A DNA stretch of 64,000 nt from Verrucomicrobiota bacterium (GCA_049510745.1 JBEKYR010000001.1:224001-288000); one strand, 5' to 3'; shown: positions 34,464-45,433, counted from the first letter of the stretch. Notes: generated by a model from the letters alone, not told the origin. Translations and numbers: made by a program.

Positions 34464-36029
34464 ATGAAAAAATCGATTATGAAAACCAGACTGTTTCTCC
34501 CCGCCGTTTTATTCACCGTCCTCATCGGCCTTCAAGCGCAGACGACGAATGTCACATTGGATCTGCCCATCGCGCCCGGTCCCTTTGTCGGCACGATGGA
34601 TTCGCTCACCAACTATTCCTATCCGAAGTGGTTCCGGGACGCGAAGTTTGGGATCTGGGCGCATTGGGGCCCGCAGGCGGTGCCGATGGAAGGTGACTGG
34701 TACGCGCGCAAGATGTATCAGCAGGGCCAGCCCGACTACAACGATCACCTCCAACGCTGGGGACATCCGTCCACCAACGGCTGGAAGGACATCATCCCGC
34801 TCTGGAAAGCCGAGAATTGGGATCCGAAGAAATTGATGGAACTCTACAAAAAGGCCGGCGCGCGATATTTCGTCAGCATGGGTTCGCACCACGACAATTT
34901 CTTTTTGTGGAACTCGAAGCTGCACCGCTGGAATGCAGTACAGATGGGACCGCACCGCGATGTCGTCGGCGAATGGCAGAAGGCGGCGAAGAAAAATGGT
35001 TTGCCCTTCGGCGTGTCCGAACATTTGGGGGCGAGCTTCACCTGGTTTCAGGACGCGCACAGATCCGACAGGACCGGGCCGCTGGCCGGCGCGCCGTACG
35101 ACGGCGCCAGTTCAAATTATTGGGACCTTTATCATTTCCCCGCCGAACCGGGCGACCGCGGCTGGTACTCCAAAAATCCCCGCTGGCAGCAGCAGTGGTT
35201 CAATGAAATCGAGGAACTGGTGGACAATTACAAGCCCGACGTGCTTTACACCGACGGCCCCGTGCCGTTCGGCAACGAAGCCGGCTTGAGCCAGATCGCG
35301 AATTTTTACAACGTCAACGCCGCCGCCCACCGCGGCAAATCCCAAGCCGTTTACACCTGCAAGCAACCTTCCAACGGACGCTGGGTGCAGGACTATGAAC
35401 GCGGCGGGAACGCCGGCATCAGTCCCTATCCGTGGCAGACGGACACCTCCATCGGCGATTGGTTCTACAACCGGCACTGGAAGTATCGGCCCTTGAGTTG
35501 GACCGTCCACATGCTCGTGGATATCGTCAGCAAAAACGGGAATCTGCTGCTCAACGTCGTGCTGAAGCCCGACGGCACCCTGGATCCCGAGGTGGAAACG
35601 ATGCTGCATCAACTCGCCGACTGGAGGGCAGTGAACGGTGAGGCCATTTACGGCACGCGCCCGTGGCTGGTTTACGGCGAGGGCGAGGCGAGGGCCAGAG
35701 GCGGCGCGTTCAGGGAAGACACCCGTTACACGGCCAAGGACATTCGCTTCACGACCAAAGGCAAAACGCTCTACGCCATTGCGCTGGGCTGGCCCGACGG
35801 CGGCAAAATGGACATCAAATCGCTCGCCAAAACGGAGGATCCGACGCAGAACAAGATCAAAAAAGTCAAGTTGCTCGGCGGCGCCGGCAAGTTGAAATTC
35901 AGCCAGACGGCCGACGGCCTTGTCGTCGAATTGCCCGGTCAAAAATTGAGCGACCTCACCTGCGCGTTGCGCATCACCGGCAGCAATCTCAAGCCTGCCC
36001 CGTTGCCGGCGGCGCCTGCGACACAATAG
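34464..36029 (+). CDS. GH29 alpha-L-fucosidase
   Basis: WFRDAKFGIWAHWG, HHDNF, DIVSKNGNLLLN, NGEAIYGTRPW; alternative start 34479. Confidence 0.9.
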   Translation: MKKSIMKTRLFLPAVLFTVLIGLQAQTTNVTLDLPIAPGPFVGTMDSLTNYSYPKWFRDAKFGIWAHWGPQAVPMEGDWYARKMYQQGQPDYNDHLQRWGHPSTNGWKDIIPLWKAENWDPKKLMELYKKAGARYFVSMGSHHDNFFLWNSKLHRWNAVQMGPHRDVVGEWQKAAKKNGLPFGVSEHLGASFTWFQDAHRSDRTGPLAGAPYDGASSNYWDLYHFPAEPGDRGWYSKNPRWQQQWFNEIEELVDNYKPDVLYTDGPVPFGNEAGLSQIANFYNVNAAAHRGKSQAVYTCKQPSNGRWVQDYERGGNAGISPYPWQTDTSIGDWFYNRHWKYRPLSWTVHMLVDIVSKNGNLLLNVVLKPDGTLDPEVETMLHQLADWRAVNGEAIYGTRPWLVYGEGEARARGGAFREDTRYTAKDIRFTTKGKTLYAIALGWPDGGKMDIKSLAKTEDPTQNKIKKVKLLGGAGKLKFSQTADGLVVELPGQKLSDLTCALRITGSNLKPAPLPAAPATQ

Positions 36030-36064
36030 TTTCCCAACCAACCGATCACCGACACGATCTTCTT

Positions 36065-37447
36065 ATGCCATTACTAATCAAAAACGGCGAAATCGTCACG
36101 GCGGACCAGCGCTACGTCGCCGATATTTATTGCGACAACGAGACCATCACGCGCATCGACAAAAACATCCCGGCCCCGAAGGGCGCGGAAGTGATCGACG
36201 CCACGGGGAAATATGTGTTTCCGGGGTTCATCGATCCGCACGTCCACATTTACCTGCCGTTCATGGGCACCTTTGCCAAGGACACCCACGAGACGGCCAG
36301 TCAGGCGGCGCTGGTGGGCGGCACCACCACCTTCATCGAAATGATTTGCCCCGGACGCGCCGAAAAACCGCTGGAGGCCTTTGAGCTTTGGCTGGGCAAA
36401 GCCCAGGGCGCAAGCGCCTGCGATTTCACTTTTCACATGGGCGTCACCCGCTTCGACGCGGAGGCGGAGCGGGATTTCCGCGAAATTGTCAAACGCGGCG
36501 TCAGCAGCTTCAAGATATTCCTGGCTTACAAAGGCGCCCTGGGCGTGACCGACGAGGAATTGTTCCAAACCTTGCGCCTGGCGCGGGAACTGGGCGTCAT
36601 CACCACCGCCCATTGTGAAAACGCGGACCTGGTCCTCGAACTGCAAAAGAAGCTGCTGGCGGAGGGCAAAACCGGGCCGGAGTATCACTACTGGAGCCGC
36701 CCGCCGAGAGTTGAAGCCGAAGGGGTGCATCATCTGCTGACGTTTGCCGAGATTCTGGGCGCGCATGTTTATATTGTACACACCAGTTGCGGGGAAAGCC
36801 TGGGCGAAGCCGTGCGCGGCGCAGGCCGCGGCGCGCGGGTCTGGGTCGAGACCCTCATCCAATACCTGCTCTGCGACAAGACGGACGCCGAAAAACCGGA
36901 TTTTGAAGGGGCCAAATTCGTCATGTCGCCGCCCTTGCGCGAGAAGCACAACCAGGACGTCCTGTGGAACGGCTTGCGCCAGGGCTTCGTGGCCACGCTG
37001 GCCACCGACCACGCGCCGTTCGATTTCCAGACTCAAAAGCAGATGGGCCGGGGGGATTTCACCAAAATCCCCAACGGCATCCCGTCGCTGGAGGACCGAA
37101 TAAATTTATACTTTACTTATGGGGTCAAGCGCGGGCGGATCGACTTCCATCAATTCGTCAGCACCGCCAGCACCCACGCCGCCAAAATCTTCGGCCTCTT
37201 TCCGCGCAAAGGCGCCATCCAGCCCGGCTCGGACGCCGACCTGGTCGTGTACGATCCGGCTTACACGGGGAAAATCTCCGCCGCCACCCAGCGGATGAAC
37301 CTCGATTACAACGCCTTTGAAGGCATGGAAATCCAGGGCCGCCCGCACGTTGTGACTGTCCGCGGGAAGGTGGCGGCGCGCGACGGCAAGTTCGTCGGCG
37401 AAGCCGGCCGCGGCCAATTCCTGCGCCGCGAGCCGAACCATTTCTGA
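36065..37447 (+). CDS. hydA: Dihydropyrimidinase (D-hydantoinase)
   Basis: PGFIDPHVH, GGTTT, SFK, AHCEN, TDHAPF, IPNG, GSDADLV. Confidence 0.92.
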   Translation: MPLLIKNGEIVTADQRYVADIYCDNETITRIDKNIPAPKGAEVIDATGKYVFPGFIDPHVHIYLPFMGTFAKDTHETASQAALVGGTTTFIEMICPGRAEKPLEAFELWLGKAQGASACDFTFHMGVTRFDAEAERDFREIVKRGVSSFKIFLAYKGALGVTDEELFQTLRLARELGVITTAHCENADLVLELQKKLLAEGKTGPEYHYWSRPPRVEAEGVHHLLTFAEILGAHVYIVHTSCGESLGEAVRGAGRGARVWVETLIQYLLCDKTDAEKPDFEGAKFVMSPPLREKHNQDVLWNGLRQGFVATLATDHAPFDFQTQKQMGRGDFTKIPNGIPSLEDRINLYFTYGVKRGRIDFHQFVSTASTHAAKIFGLFPRKGAIQPGSDADLVVYDPAYTGKISAATQRMNLDYNAFEGMEIQGRPHVVTVRGKVAARDGKFVGEAGRGQFLRREPNHF

Positions 37448-37452
37448 CCCGT

Positions 37453-37713
37453 ATGATTCGAATCGTCGAAGCACGGCCCCTGGAAGGCCATCGGCTCAAC
37501 ATCCGGTTCAACGACGGGGTGGAGGGTGTCTATGCGGTCGATCCGGAACGTCGCGGCGGCGTCTTTTTAAGTCTGCGCGCCCCAGCGGTGTTCAATGCCG
37601 TCCGCGTCAATCCGGATTTCGGTTGTGCGGAATGGCCGGGCGGAGTGGACCTTTGCCCGACAGCAATGCATGAGGAAATGCTGGCGTCGGTGGAAAGCCC
37701 TGTCCTGCGGTAG
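37453..37713 (+). CDS. DUF2442-like small protein (putative antitoxin)
   Basis: 86 aa with L.IRFNDG...VF..L...F..V.....WPGGVDLCP pattern. Confidence 0.7.
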   Translation: MIRIVEARPLEGHRLNIRFNDGVEGVYAVDPERRGGVFLSLRAPAVFNAVRVNPDFGCAEWPGGVDLCPTAMHEEMLASVESPVLR

Positions 37714-37807
37714 GGTGGATGTCACGTTTCCGAGCAGCGGCTGCAAAAGGTGGAAACCCCCAGTTTTCCCTTGTCGCTGCCTTGGCCCTTGCCCATCCTC
37801 AACGGCG

Positions 37808-38827
37808 ATGCCGGAGCGAGTGATCTCAGACGTGCTGGCCAAGCCGGACGCCGCGTTGGAAATGACGCTGCGGCCCTCGCTCTTTTCCGAGTTTGTCGGC
37901 CAGGCCAATGTGAAGGAACGCCTGGAAATCGCCGTACAAGCCGCCAAAAAACGCGGCGAAGCCCTGGACCATTTGCTCTTTAGCGGGCCGCCCGGCCTGG
38001 GCAAAACCACCCTTGCCCATATTATCGCCAAAAGCATGGGCGTGAGCATCAAATGCACCAGCGGCCCCACCATCGAGAAAGCCGGCGACCTGGCCGGTTT
38101 GCTCACCAATCTGGAGGAGGGGGAGGTTCTTTTTATCGACGAAATCCACCGCCTGCAAAAAACCATCGAGGAATATCTCTACCCGGCGATGGAGGACTTC
38201 AAACTGGACATCATCATCGACCAGGGGCCTAACGCGCGCAGCGTGCGCCTGACCCTGCCGCGCTTCACCCTCATCGGCGCCACCACCCGCAGCGGGCTGC
38301 TCACCGCGCCGTTGCTCACCCGCTTTCCCATTCGCGAGCGCCTGGATTATTACCAGGCCGGGCACCTCCAGCAAATCGTCGTTCGCTCGGCCAATTTGCT
38401 CGCCATCGCCATCGAGCCGCAAGGCGCCCACGAGATCGCCCGCCGCAGCCGCGGCACCCCGCGCATCGCCAACAACCTCCTCCGCCGCGTGCGCGATTAC
38501 GCCCAGGTCCGCGGCGACGGCCGCATCACCGTCCCGATGGCCGACCAAGCTCTGGCCATGCTCGCCATCGACCAAAATGGTTTGGATGAAATGGACAAGA
38601 GGATTCTGGAGACGATTGTCGTCAAATTCTCCGGCGGTCCCGTCGGCCTCAATTCCCTGGCGGTCGCCGTCGGCGAGGAGCCGGACACGCTGGAGGAGGT
38701 CTATGAGCCATTCCTCATCATGGAAGGCTTTCTCAACCGCACTGCCCAAGGCCGCGTCGCCACCGAGTTGACCTACAAGAAACTCGGACTCCAATCAGAC
38801 CCGGCAAAGCAGGCCAGATTGCTGTAG
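37808..38827 (+). CDS. ruvB: Holliday junction branch migration helicase RuvB
   Basis: [35 protein letters not shown]. Confidence 0.97.
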   Translation: MPERVISDVLAKPDAALEMTLRPSLFSEFVGQANVKERLEIAVQAAKKRGEALDHLLFSGPPGLGKTTLAHIIAKSMGVSIKCTSGPTIEKAGDLAGLLTNLEEGEVLFIDEIHRLQKTIEEYLYPAMEDFKLDIIIDQGPNARSVRLTLPRFTLIGATTRSGLLTAPLLTRFPIRERLDYYQAGHLQQIVVRSANLLAIAIEPQGAHEIARRSRGTPRIANNLLRRVRDYAQVRGDGRITVPMADQALAMLAIDQNGLDEMDKRILETIVVKFSGGPVGLNSLAVAVGEEPDTLEEVYEPFLIMEGFLNRTAQGRVATELTYKKLGLQSDPAKQARLL

Positions 38828-38843
38828 TTCCCTTCACCCTTGC

Positions 38844-40031
38844 ATGTTCCCGGCAAAGGCCGCATTGTTGCTTTTGCTTATGAAGACATCCTTGGCCGCA
38901 GCCTTCCTTTTTCTACTGGCGTTGAACATCTTTGCCGAGCCGTTTTCCGATCTGACTTTTGACGCGGCCTCGAAAAAGGCGGGTCAAACAGGCAAGATCG
39001 TTTTGGTGGATTTCTACACCACCTGGTGCGCTCCGTGCAAATTGCTCGAGAAAAACACCTTGACGGACGCCGAGGTCATCAAGGTGCTCGAACAAAAGAC
39101 CGTGGCGCTGCGCCTCGACGCGGAAAAGGAGACCAACCTTGCCAAACTCTACAAAATCGAAGCCTATCCCAGCGTCCTCCTCATCAAGCCCGATGGCACT
39201 GAACTGGACCGCCTGGTCGGCTACCGCGACGCCAAGACCTTCCTGGCCGATTTCAACGCCTCGCTCAGCGGAAGAGACTCACTCACGCGGGCGAAGGAGG
39301 AATTGACGGCCGCCGGAACCAACGATCCCATGGCCCGAATGAAGTACGGCCAGGCGCTGGCCCAAAAGGGCAGGGACGCCGAAGCGTTGGCGGAATACTT
39401 GTGGTGTTTCGACCACGGCGACGCCAGTCCGTCCTTTATCGGCGTGCGGCTGAGTTTCTTGTTGAATTACATCAAGAGCCTGGGGACTCGCTATCCCGCC
39501 GCGGAGAAGGCGCTGGAAAGCCGGCGCGACGAGCGCCAGGCCAAAGTGCTGGCCGGCTCCACGGACCTCCAGACCATCCTGGAGCTCATCTCGTTCAACA
39601 CCGCGCTGGACCAAAAGGAAAAGAACCTGGCCGTGTTCGACCAACTTCCTGCCGGCGGCCTGGCCCGGGACACGGTTTGCGGCCTGATCATCGATCAGCT
39701 TTTGGCGGCCAAACGCTACGCCGACATTCTGGGCGGCAAGGACGGGAGGTCCGCCTTTGGGTTGAAAGTCGATCAATTCAATCGGATGTTGGCGACCGTA
39801 GCCAAAGACAGCCCCACCAGAGCCCGAATGGAGGAAAATTTTCGCAAATACACGGTTGCCTCCGGTGCGCACTCCTTCGAAGCCCTGGCCGGCCTGAAAC
39901 GAAACGCCGAAGGCAGGGAACTGGCGCAGCAGATCCTCCAGTTCGATTCCTCGCCGGAGACTCGCACAACGCTGGCCGAAGCCGCCGACCGCGCCGGCAA
40001 CGCCGAGTTGGCCCAATTCGTGAAACAGTGA
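38844..40031 (+). CDS. Exported thioredoxin-domain protein with helical C-terminal region
   Basis: Signal peptide; VDFYTTWCAPC motif; alternative start 38880. Confidence 0.75.
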   Translation: MFPAKAALLLLLMKTSLAAAFLFLLALNIFAEPFSDLTFDAASKKAGQTGKIVLVDFYTTWCAPCKLLEKNTLTDAEVIKVLEQKTVALRLDAEKETNLAKLYKIEAYPSVLLIKPDGTELDRLVGYRDAKTFLADFNASLSGRDSLTRAKEELTAAGTNDPMARMKYGQALAQKGRDAEALAEYLWCFDHGDASPSFIGVRLSFLLNYIKSLGTRYPAAEKALESRRDERQAKVLAGSTDLQTILELISFNTALDQKEKNLAVFDQLPAGGLARDTVCGLIIDQLLAAKRYADILGGKDGRSAFGLKVDQFNRMLATVAKDSPTRARMEENFRKYTVASGAHSFEALAGLKRNAEGRELAQQILQFDSSPETRTTLAEAADRAGNAELAQFVKQ

Positions 40032-41122
40032 TGGGCCTGCTGGTTCTTGACAACGTTTCAAAATGCTTTGCCGGCCCCCGCCGCCAAATTGTCGGGGCCG
40101 TCCGCAATCTGAATCTATCGGCGGCCGATGGCGAGTTTCTGGTCATTGTCGGCCCTTCGGGCTGCGGCAAGACCACCACCTTGCGCTTGATCGCGGGGTT
40201 GGAGACGCCCGATGGCGGGAGCCTTTCGCTGGACGAAAAACCGCTGGCGGGCGTGCCGCCCAAGGACCGCGATGTGGCGATGGTGTTCCAAAACCACGCC
40301 CTGCTGCCGCACTTGACGGTCGTCGAGAACCTGGCCTTCGGACTGATGCTGCGCCGGATGCCCCGCGAACAGATCGCCCAACGGGTGCGTGCCGCGGCGG
40401 AGATGCTCGGCCTGACGCCGTTGCTGGAAAGAAAACCGCCGGCCCTTTCCGGCGGCGAATGCCAGCGCGTGGCGCTGGGCCGCGCCCTGGCGCGCCATCC
40501 CCGCGTTTTTCTATTTGACGAACCCCTTTCCAACCTGGACGCCCCCCTGCGCCTGCAATTGCGCGGCGAAATCGCCGCCCTGCGCCGCCGCGCGGGCGCG
40601 ACGATGGTCTATGTCACGCACGATCAGGCCGAGGCGATGGCCCTGGCCGACCGCGTGGCGGTGATGAAAGACGGCGCGTTGCAACAAGCCGCCCCGCCCC
40701 TGGAACTTTACCGCCGCCCGGCCAACCGCTTCGTCGCGGGCTTCATCGGCTCGCCGCCGATGAATTTTTTCCAGGGCCTCATTGACCGGCACAACGGCGC
40801 GGTCGTCTTCCGTGCCGACGCCGGGTTTGCGTTGCCGGTGGAGGCCGACGCGGCAAAATCGCTCGAAGCGCGCATCGGCCAGCCCGTCACGCTGGGCTTG
40901 CGCCCGGAGCACATCGCGGACGGCGCCGGCGTGGCGGCGCTGGTGGAGCGGGTGGAGGCGACCGGCGCGGAAAATTTTCTTTACTGCGCCAGCAACGGCG
41001 TCCGGTTCGTTTCGCGGATGCCGGCGGCCCGCGCCGCCCAAGCCGGAGAAAACCTGGCGCTACGCTTCGACATGGACCACGCCCATTTCTTTGACCCGTC
41101 CACCGGCCAGGCGCTCAGTTAG
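40031..41122 (+). CDS. Sugar ABC transporter ATP-binding protein (MalK/UgpC-like)
   Basis: GPSGCGKTT, MVFQN, LSGGE, DEPLSNLD, YVTHDQ, FIGSPPMN. Confidence 0.92.
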   Translation: MGLLVLDNVSKCFAGPRRQIVGAVRNLNLSAADGEFLVIVGPSGCGKTTTLRLIAGLETPDGGSLSLDEKPLAGVPPKDRDVAMVFQNHALLPHLTVVENLAFGLMLRRMPREQIAQRVRAAAEMLGLTPLLERKPPALSGGECQRVALGRALARHPRVFLFDEPLSNLDAPLRLQLRGEIAALRRRAGATMVYVTHDQAEAMALADRVAVMKDGALQQAAPPLELYRRPANRFVAGFIGSPPMNFFQGLIDRHNGAVVFRADAGFALPVEADAAKSLEARIGQPVTLGLRPEHIADGAGVAALVERVEATGAENFLYCASNGVRFVSRMPAARAAQAGENLALRFDMDHAHFFDPSTGQALS

Positions 41123-41245
41123 TTCTTCCTCATTCCCGCAAATCCTCCGCCGCTTTTCCTTGCGTTCGCCATGAAATTCCTCGAATATCGATGAATTAAA
41201 TGGGCGGAATTTCTAAAGAAGAATCGATCACGATAACACAGAATT

Positions 41246-42634
41246 ATGTCCTCCATTTTTAAACTTCTTTTTGCTGTTTTCATTTTGTTGTTGCTTCCAG
41301 CCAATCCAGGCTATGCGGCCGTCGTCACCAACGTGGCTGCCGGAGATTACTGGAGTTTCTTTTTAAAATCCGATGGCAGCCTTTGGGCTATGGGCGAAAA
41401 TTGGTTTGGCCAACTGGGCGATGGCACGGAGAACACCTCCATTACGCCTGAACAAATTAGAGCATCGGGCGTCACCGAGGTGTCCGGTGGGGGATCTCAG
41501 ACCCTTGTGCTTGAGTCTGACGGAAGTCTATGGGGGATGGGGGACAACTCGGGTGGCGAATTGGGCCTCGGTCCAAACATTTTCTGGGAACTCACTCCGA
41601 CTCTGGTCATACCGGGGAACGTCAACGGGATTTCCGCCGGAGAATATCACAGTCTTTTCTTCAAGACCGATGGAAGCCTGTGGGGCATGGGCGATAACGA
41701 CGACGGCTCGTTAGGCGATGGCACAACCAATACAAGCCCCAATCCTTTCGCCCCGCATGTCACAATTCCCGAGGAAATCGTTTCTAACAATGTCACAGCG
41801 GTTGCGTCTGGGTTCGACCACAGTCTTTTTCTAAAAGCAGACGGCAGCCTTTGGGCTATGGGCTACGATGAGTCAGGCGAGTTAGGCGACGGTCAAGCCG
41901 ATATCGGCACCAATACTCCCATTGAGATCGTTTCAAGCAATGTCACGGCGATTGCCGCTGGAAATAATCACAGCCTTTTTCTCAAATCGGACGGAAGCCT
42001 TTGGGCAATGGGCGATAACGAGTTCGGCCAGTTGGGCGACGGCACCCCTAATAGCGCTTGCACTATCCCGGAGAAGATTGTTTCCAGCAATGTGACGGCC
42101 ATCGTCGCAAAAGGTGACTTCAGCCTCTTTCTCAAATCCGACGGCAGTCTCTGGGGCATGGGCGACGATAGTCACGGCCAACTTGGAACTACAGGCCTGA
42201 TAAATCCGGTGTTTAATCCAACGCCGCAGGAAATCATAACTAACGGGGTAATTGCCGTTGCAGCCGGCCAGCAACACGTGATTTTCCTCAAGGTGGATCA
42301 CAGCGTTTGGACTATGGGCATGAATAATTACAGCCAGTTGGGTAACGGCACCAATACAGACAGTTACGTCCCAGTAGAGATCGTATCCGGGATTGCCATT
42401 CCTGCCATCTGTAGTATCAGTTTGTCTGGCCCGAATCTTGTGCTTAACGGCAGCAACGGGCAAGCCGGTGCGACATACTGCGTGTTGATGAGCAGCAACC
42501 TGACAAAGCCACTCAGGCAATGGACAGCAGTTTCCACCAATGCGCTGAGCGCGCCGGGAGATTTTTCGATCATTGCTACAAACGCGGTGAATCCCGGACG
42601 TCCACAACAATTCTACGTTCTTCAGATGCAGTAA
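41246..42634 (+). CDS. Secreted RCC1-repeat beta-propeller protein
   Basis: Seven FLKxDGSLWxMGxNxxGQLG-type repeats; signal peptide; short beta-rich C-terminal domain. Confidence 0.88.
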   Translation: MSSIFKLLFAVFILLLLPANPGYAAVVTNVAAGDYWSFFLKSDGSLWAMGENWFGQLGDGTENTSITPEQIRASGVTEVSGGGSQTLVLESDGSLWGMGDNSGGELGLGPNIFWELTPTLVIPGNVNGISAGEYHSLFFKTDGSLWGMGDNDDGSLGDGTTNTSPNPFAPHVTIPEEIVSNNVTAVASGFDHSLFLKADGSLWAMGYDESGELGDGQADIGTNTPIEIVSSNVTAIAAGNNHSLFLKSDGSLWAMGDNEFGQLGDGTPNSACTIPEKIVSSNVTAIVAKGDFSLFLKSDGSLWGMGDDSHGQLGTTGLINPVFNPTPQEIITNGVIAVAAGQQHVIFLKVDHSVWTMGMNNYSQLGNGTNTDSYVPVEIVSGIAIPAICSISLSGPNLVLNGSNGQAGATYCVLMSSNLTKPLRQWTAVSTNALSAPGDFSIIATNAVNPGRPQQFYVLQMQ

Positions 42635-42677
42635 GCGGTTCGTTTTCCGCCTGGGGACAGTCAGAATGCCATCAATT

Positions 42678-42735
42678 CAAAGGGGTTCACCCAAAGTATT
42701 TTCCAAATCGCGTTTGCCTCACAAACGCGAAAACG
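42678..42735 (+). repeat. Imperfect intergenic repeat, copy 1
   Basis: AAAGGGGTTCaCCCAaAGtAT..TCCAAATCGCGTTTGCCT matches 45241-45298; hairpin TCGCGTTTG/CAAACGCGA. Confidence 0.65.
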
Positions 42736-42944
42736 AAAACAGGTCAATCCCGCACAATCACATATCATCGTTTTCTTTCCGCTTCACACCCCAAGTTCGC
42801 CACGGAACCGGCGGCACCCATGTTTGATGGGAGACCTTAATTTGAAATTTGAGATTCATGTTCTGCGTGGTCTGCGTGATCTGCGGGCCTCAAAAACTCC
42901 TTAACTCCTTATCTTTGTGATCTTTGCGCTCTGTGCGGTAAAAT

Positions 42945-45185
42945 ATGTTACGGCCTTTCCCGCGCGGCCTTTTCCTGCTCGACAATGGCGGTTCCGCATG
43001 TTATGATTATTTTATGAGGAGTTTGAGCCCGAGCAACGCGTTTCATTTGCCATCCCTGCGATTTTACGATTTGATAAAATTGAGGTTCAAATTCCTAATC
43101 GCTTTTCTCTTCATGGCGTCGGCCTTCCTGGCTGGCGCGCAGACGTTGCAGACTTTGTTGTCTTTCAACTCCGCCGACGGGGCGAATTCAGTCGCGGCCC
43201 TGACGCTGGGCAACGACGGCAATTTCTATGGCACGACTTACAACGGCGGCAATCTCAGTTTAAATGCCGGCTCTGGCGATGGAACGGTTTTCAAGCTGAC
43301 GACCAACGGCGCGTTGACCACGCTGGTCTCTTTCAGCTCCACCAACGGGGCCAATCCGTATGCCGGGCTGACGCTGGGCAACGACGGCAATTTCTACGGC
43401 ACGACCTCGGAAACCCTTTTCAAACTGACGACCAACGGCACGCTGACCACGATGGTTTCATTCAACGTCAGCGGCGGAGCCTATCCGAATGCCCTGACGC
43501 TGGGCAACGACGGCGGTTTCTACGGGACCACGCAGGTGGGCGGCGGGGGTTTTGGAACGGTATTCAGATGGACGACCAACGGCACGCTAACCAACCTGCT
43601 TTCATTCAACACCAACAATGATCCGTATCCCAATGCCCTGACGCTGGGAAACGACGGAAATCTCTACGGCACGGCGGAGGAAACAATTTTCAAAGTCACG
43701 ACCAACGGCGCGCTGACCACGCTGGCTTCATTCTACTACACCAACGGGGCCAATCTTATTGCTCCGCTGACGCTGGGCAATGATGGCAGTTTTTACGGCA
43801 CGACAGAGGAAGGCGGTCGCAATAATTATGGCACGGTTTTCCAAGTCACGACCAATGGCGCGTTGACCGCGCTGGTTTCTTTCAGTTTCACCAACGGGGC
43901 CAATCCGTACGCCGGGCTGACGCTCGGCAACGATGGCAATTTCTACGGCACGACGGCAAATGGCGGCATCACTAATTCAGCATTTCCACAAGGCATGGGG
44001 ACACTGTTCCAAGTCACGACCAATGGCGCGTTGACTACGCTGGTTTGCTTCTCCGGCAGCAATGGAGCGGTGCCGGAATCGGCGCTGACGCTGGGCAATG
44101 ACGGCAATTTCTATGGCACCACCGCGTACGGCGGAACTGGTGGCTATGGAACGGCGTTCCGTTTGTTGCTCTTGCCAGTTATCGCCGTTCAGCCGCAATG
44201 CCAGACGAATTTTGTTGGCGCGACCGTGACGTTCTCCGTCAGCGCAACCTATCTTCCTCCTGCCGGTTATCAATGGCTGCGGAACGGCACAAATCTCGCC
44301 GATGGCGGAAACATTTCGGGCGCAACCAACAGCACGTTGACCCTCACCGGCATTTCAGACAGTGATGCGGCAACTTACAGTCTGGTCGTGAGTGACGCCT
44401 ACGGCAGCGTGACCACCTCCAACGCAGTGCTGACGGTTAATGATTCTCTGTTCATTGCTTCACAGCCGCAAAATCAGACTGTCGGCCTCGGCAGCAATGT
44501 CACGCTTAACGTCACCGTTTTTGGCGCGCCTCCGTTTGTTTTCCAGTGGTATTTCGACGAAACGCCCCTGGGTTCGCCCGGCGCTGGCACAAATGTTTCC
44601 TGCACATTGACCAATGTCGGAACCAACCAGGCGGGCACTTACAGTGTGCTGATCGTCAACGCCTGCGGCGATTTGATGAGTTCCAACGCGGTCCTGACGG
44701 TGAAGGTGTTTCCGCCGGCCATAGCTCTTCAACCGTCGAGTCAAAGAGTGATGATCGGGAGCAGCGTATCCTTCAGCGTATCCGTGAGCGGCACGCCTCC
44801 GTTCTATTACCAATGGCAATTCAACGGTACCAACCTGATAGACGCGCCCAATGCCTCTTACGCGATTCAGGCGGCTGCCACAAACGACACCGGAAACTAT
44901 TCCGTGATCGTCACCAACCTGGCTGGGAGTGTGACCAGTTCCAACGCATTACTGACGGTGATTATCCAGCCGACGTTGGCCTTGGAACTGTCGGCCGGTT
45001 ATGCCCTGCTCAATCTGAATGGCATGTTGAGCAACAGCTTTGTCGTGCAATACAGCACAAATTTGGAGGGGACAAACTGGATAAATCTGCTTTCCCTGCC
45101 TGATTTGCCATACAGCCCGTATCTGTTCCTGGACCCTTCCGGTGTCGGCCAGCCTGCGCGGTTCTATCGGGTCTTTATGCGCTGA
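42945..45185 (+). CDS. Surface protein with seven LTLGNDGNFYGT (GloVer-type) repeats and three Ig-like domains
   Basis: Seven repeats at about 43200-44160; QP...YQW...YS Ig motifs; true start probably downstream of 42945. Confidence 0.85.
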   Translation: MLRPFPRGLFLLDNGGSACYDYFMRSLSPSNAFHLPSLRFYDLIKLRFKFLIAFLFMASAFLAGAQTLQTLLSFNSADGANSVAALTLGNDGNFYGTTYNGGNLSLNAGSGDGTVFKLTTNGALTTLVSFSSTNGANPYAGLTLGNDGNFYGTTSETLFKLTTNGTLTTMVSFNVSGGAYPNALTLGNDGGFYGTTQVGGGGFGTVFRWTTNGTLTNLLSFNTNNDPYPNALTLGNDGNLYGTAEETIFKVTTNGALTTLASFYYTNGANLIAPLTLGNDGSFYGTTEEGGRNNYGTVFQVTTNGALTALVSFSFTNGANPYAGLTLGNDGNFYGTTANGGITNSAFPQGMGTLFQVTTNGALTTLVCFSGSNGAVPESALTLGNDGNFYGTTAYGGTGGYGTAFRLLLLPVIAVQPQCQTNFVGATVTFSVSATYLPPAGYQWLRNGTNLADGGNISGATNSTLTLTGISDSDAATYSLVVSDAYGSVTTSNAVLTVNDSLFIASQPQNQTVGLGSNVTLNVTVFGAPPFVFQWYFDETPLGSPGAGTNVSCTLTNVGTNQAGTYSVLIVNACGDLMSSNAVLTVKVFPPAIALQPSSQRVMIGSSVSFSVSVSGTPPFYYQWQFNGTNLIDAPNASYAIQAAATNDTGNYSVIVTNLAGSVTSSNALLTVIIQPTLALELSAGYALLNLNGMLSNSFVVQYSTNLEGTNWINLLSLPDLPYSPYLFLDPSGVGQPARFYRVFMR

Positions 45186-45240
45186 GCCACGGCTGGGTTC
45201 TGTCTTCTGCGTACCGTGCGGTTTGTTTTGGCCTGAAGTC

Positions 45241-45298
45241 AAAGGGGTTCGCCCATAGCATCGTCCAAATCGCGTTTGCCTTACAGGCAAAGGAAACG
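45241..45298 (+). repeat. Imperfect intergenic repeat, copy 2
   Basis: Similar to 42678-42735; hairpin TTTGCCT/AGGCAAA. Confidence 0.65.
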
Positions 45299-45433
45299 CA
45301 AGCCGTTATCTCTTGTCCGCCATCCTGACCGTCCCTTCAACCAAGACCAAGGACCGCGCGCCCCATTTATTTGAGCTTCTCCAGGGCCAGCAGAAAAACT
45401 TGCCAAAATCGCTAAAATGGGTATTTTGCAGCC

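Noticed and set aside
35663..36064. N-terminal extensions of hydA, the ABC ATPase (39401), pbpC (9414) and the anti-sigma gene (48575) in the ORF track
   Set aside because: They overlap upstream genes in another frame; homology begins at the downstream ATGs, so these are not fusions.
42860..42940. Short 9-bp imperfect tandem repeats (TCTGCGTGA-like, CTTTGTGAT-like)
   Set aside because: Only 2-3 degenerate units each; no function can be supported.
43200..44160. DNA-level tandem repeats as CRISPR or DGR template/variable repeats
   Set aside because: They are in-frame coding repeats of a propeller protein; no reverse transcriptase is present in the window.
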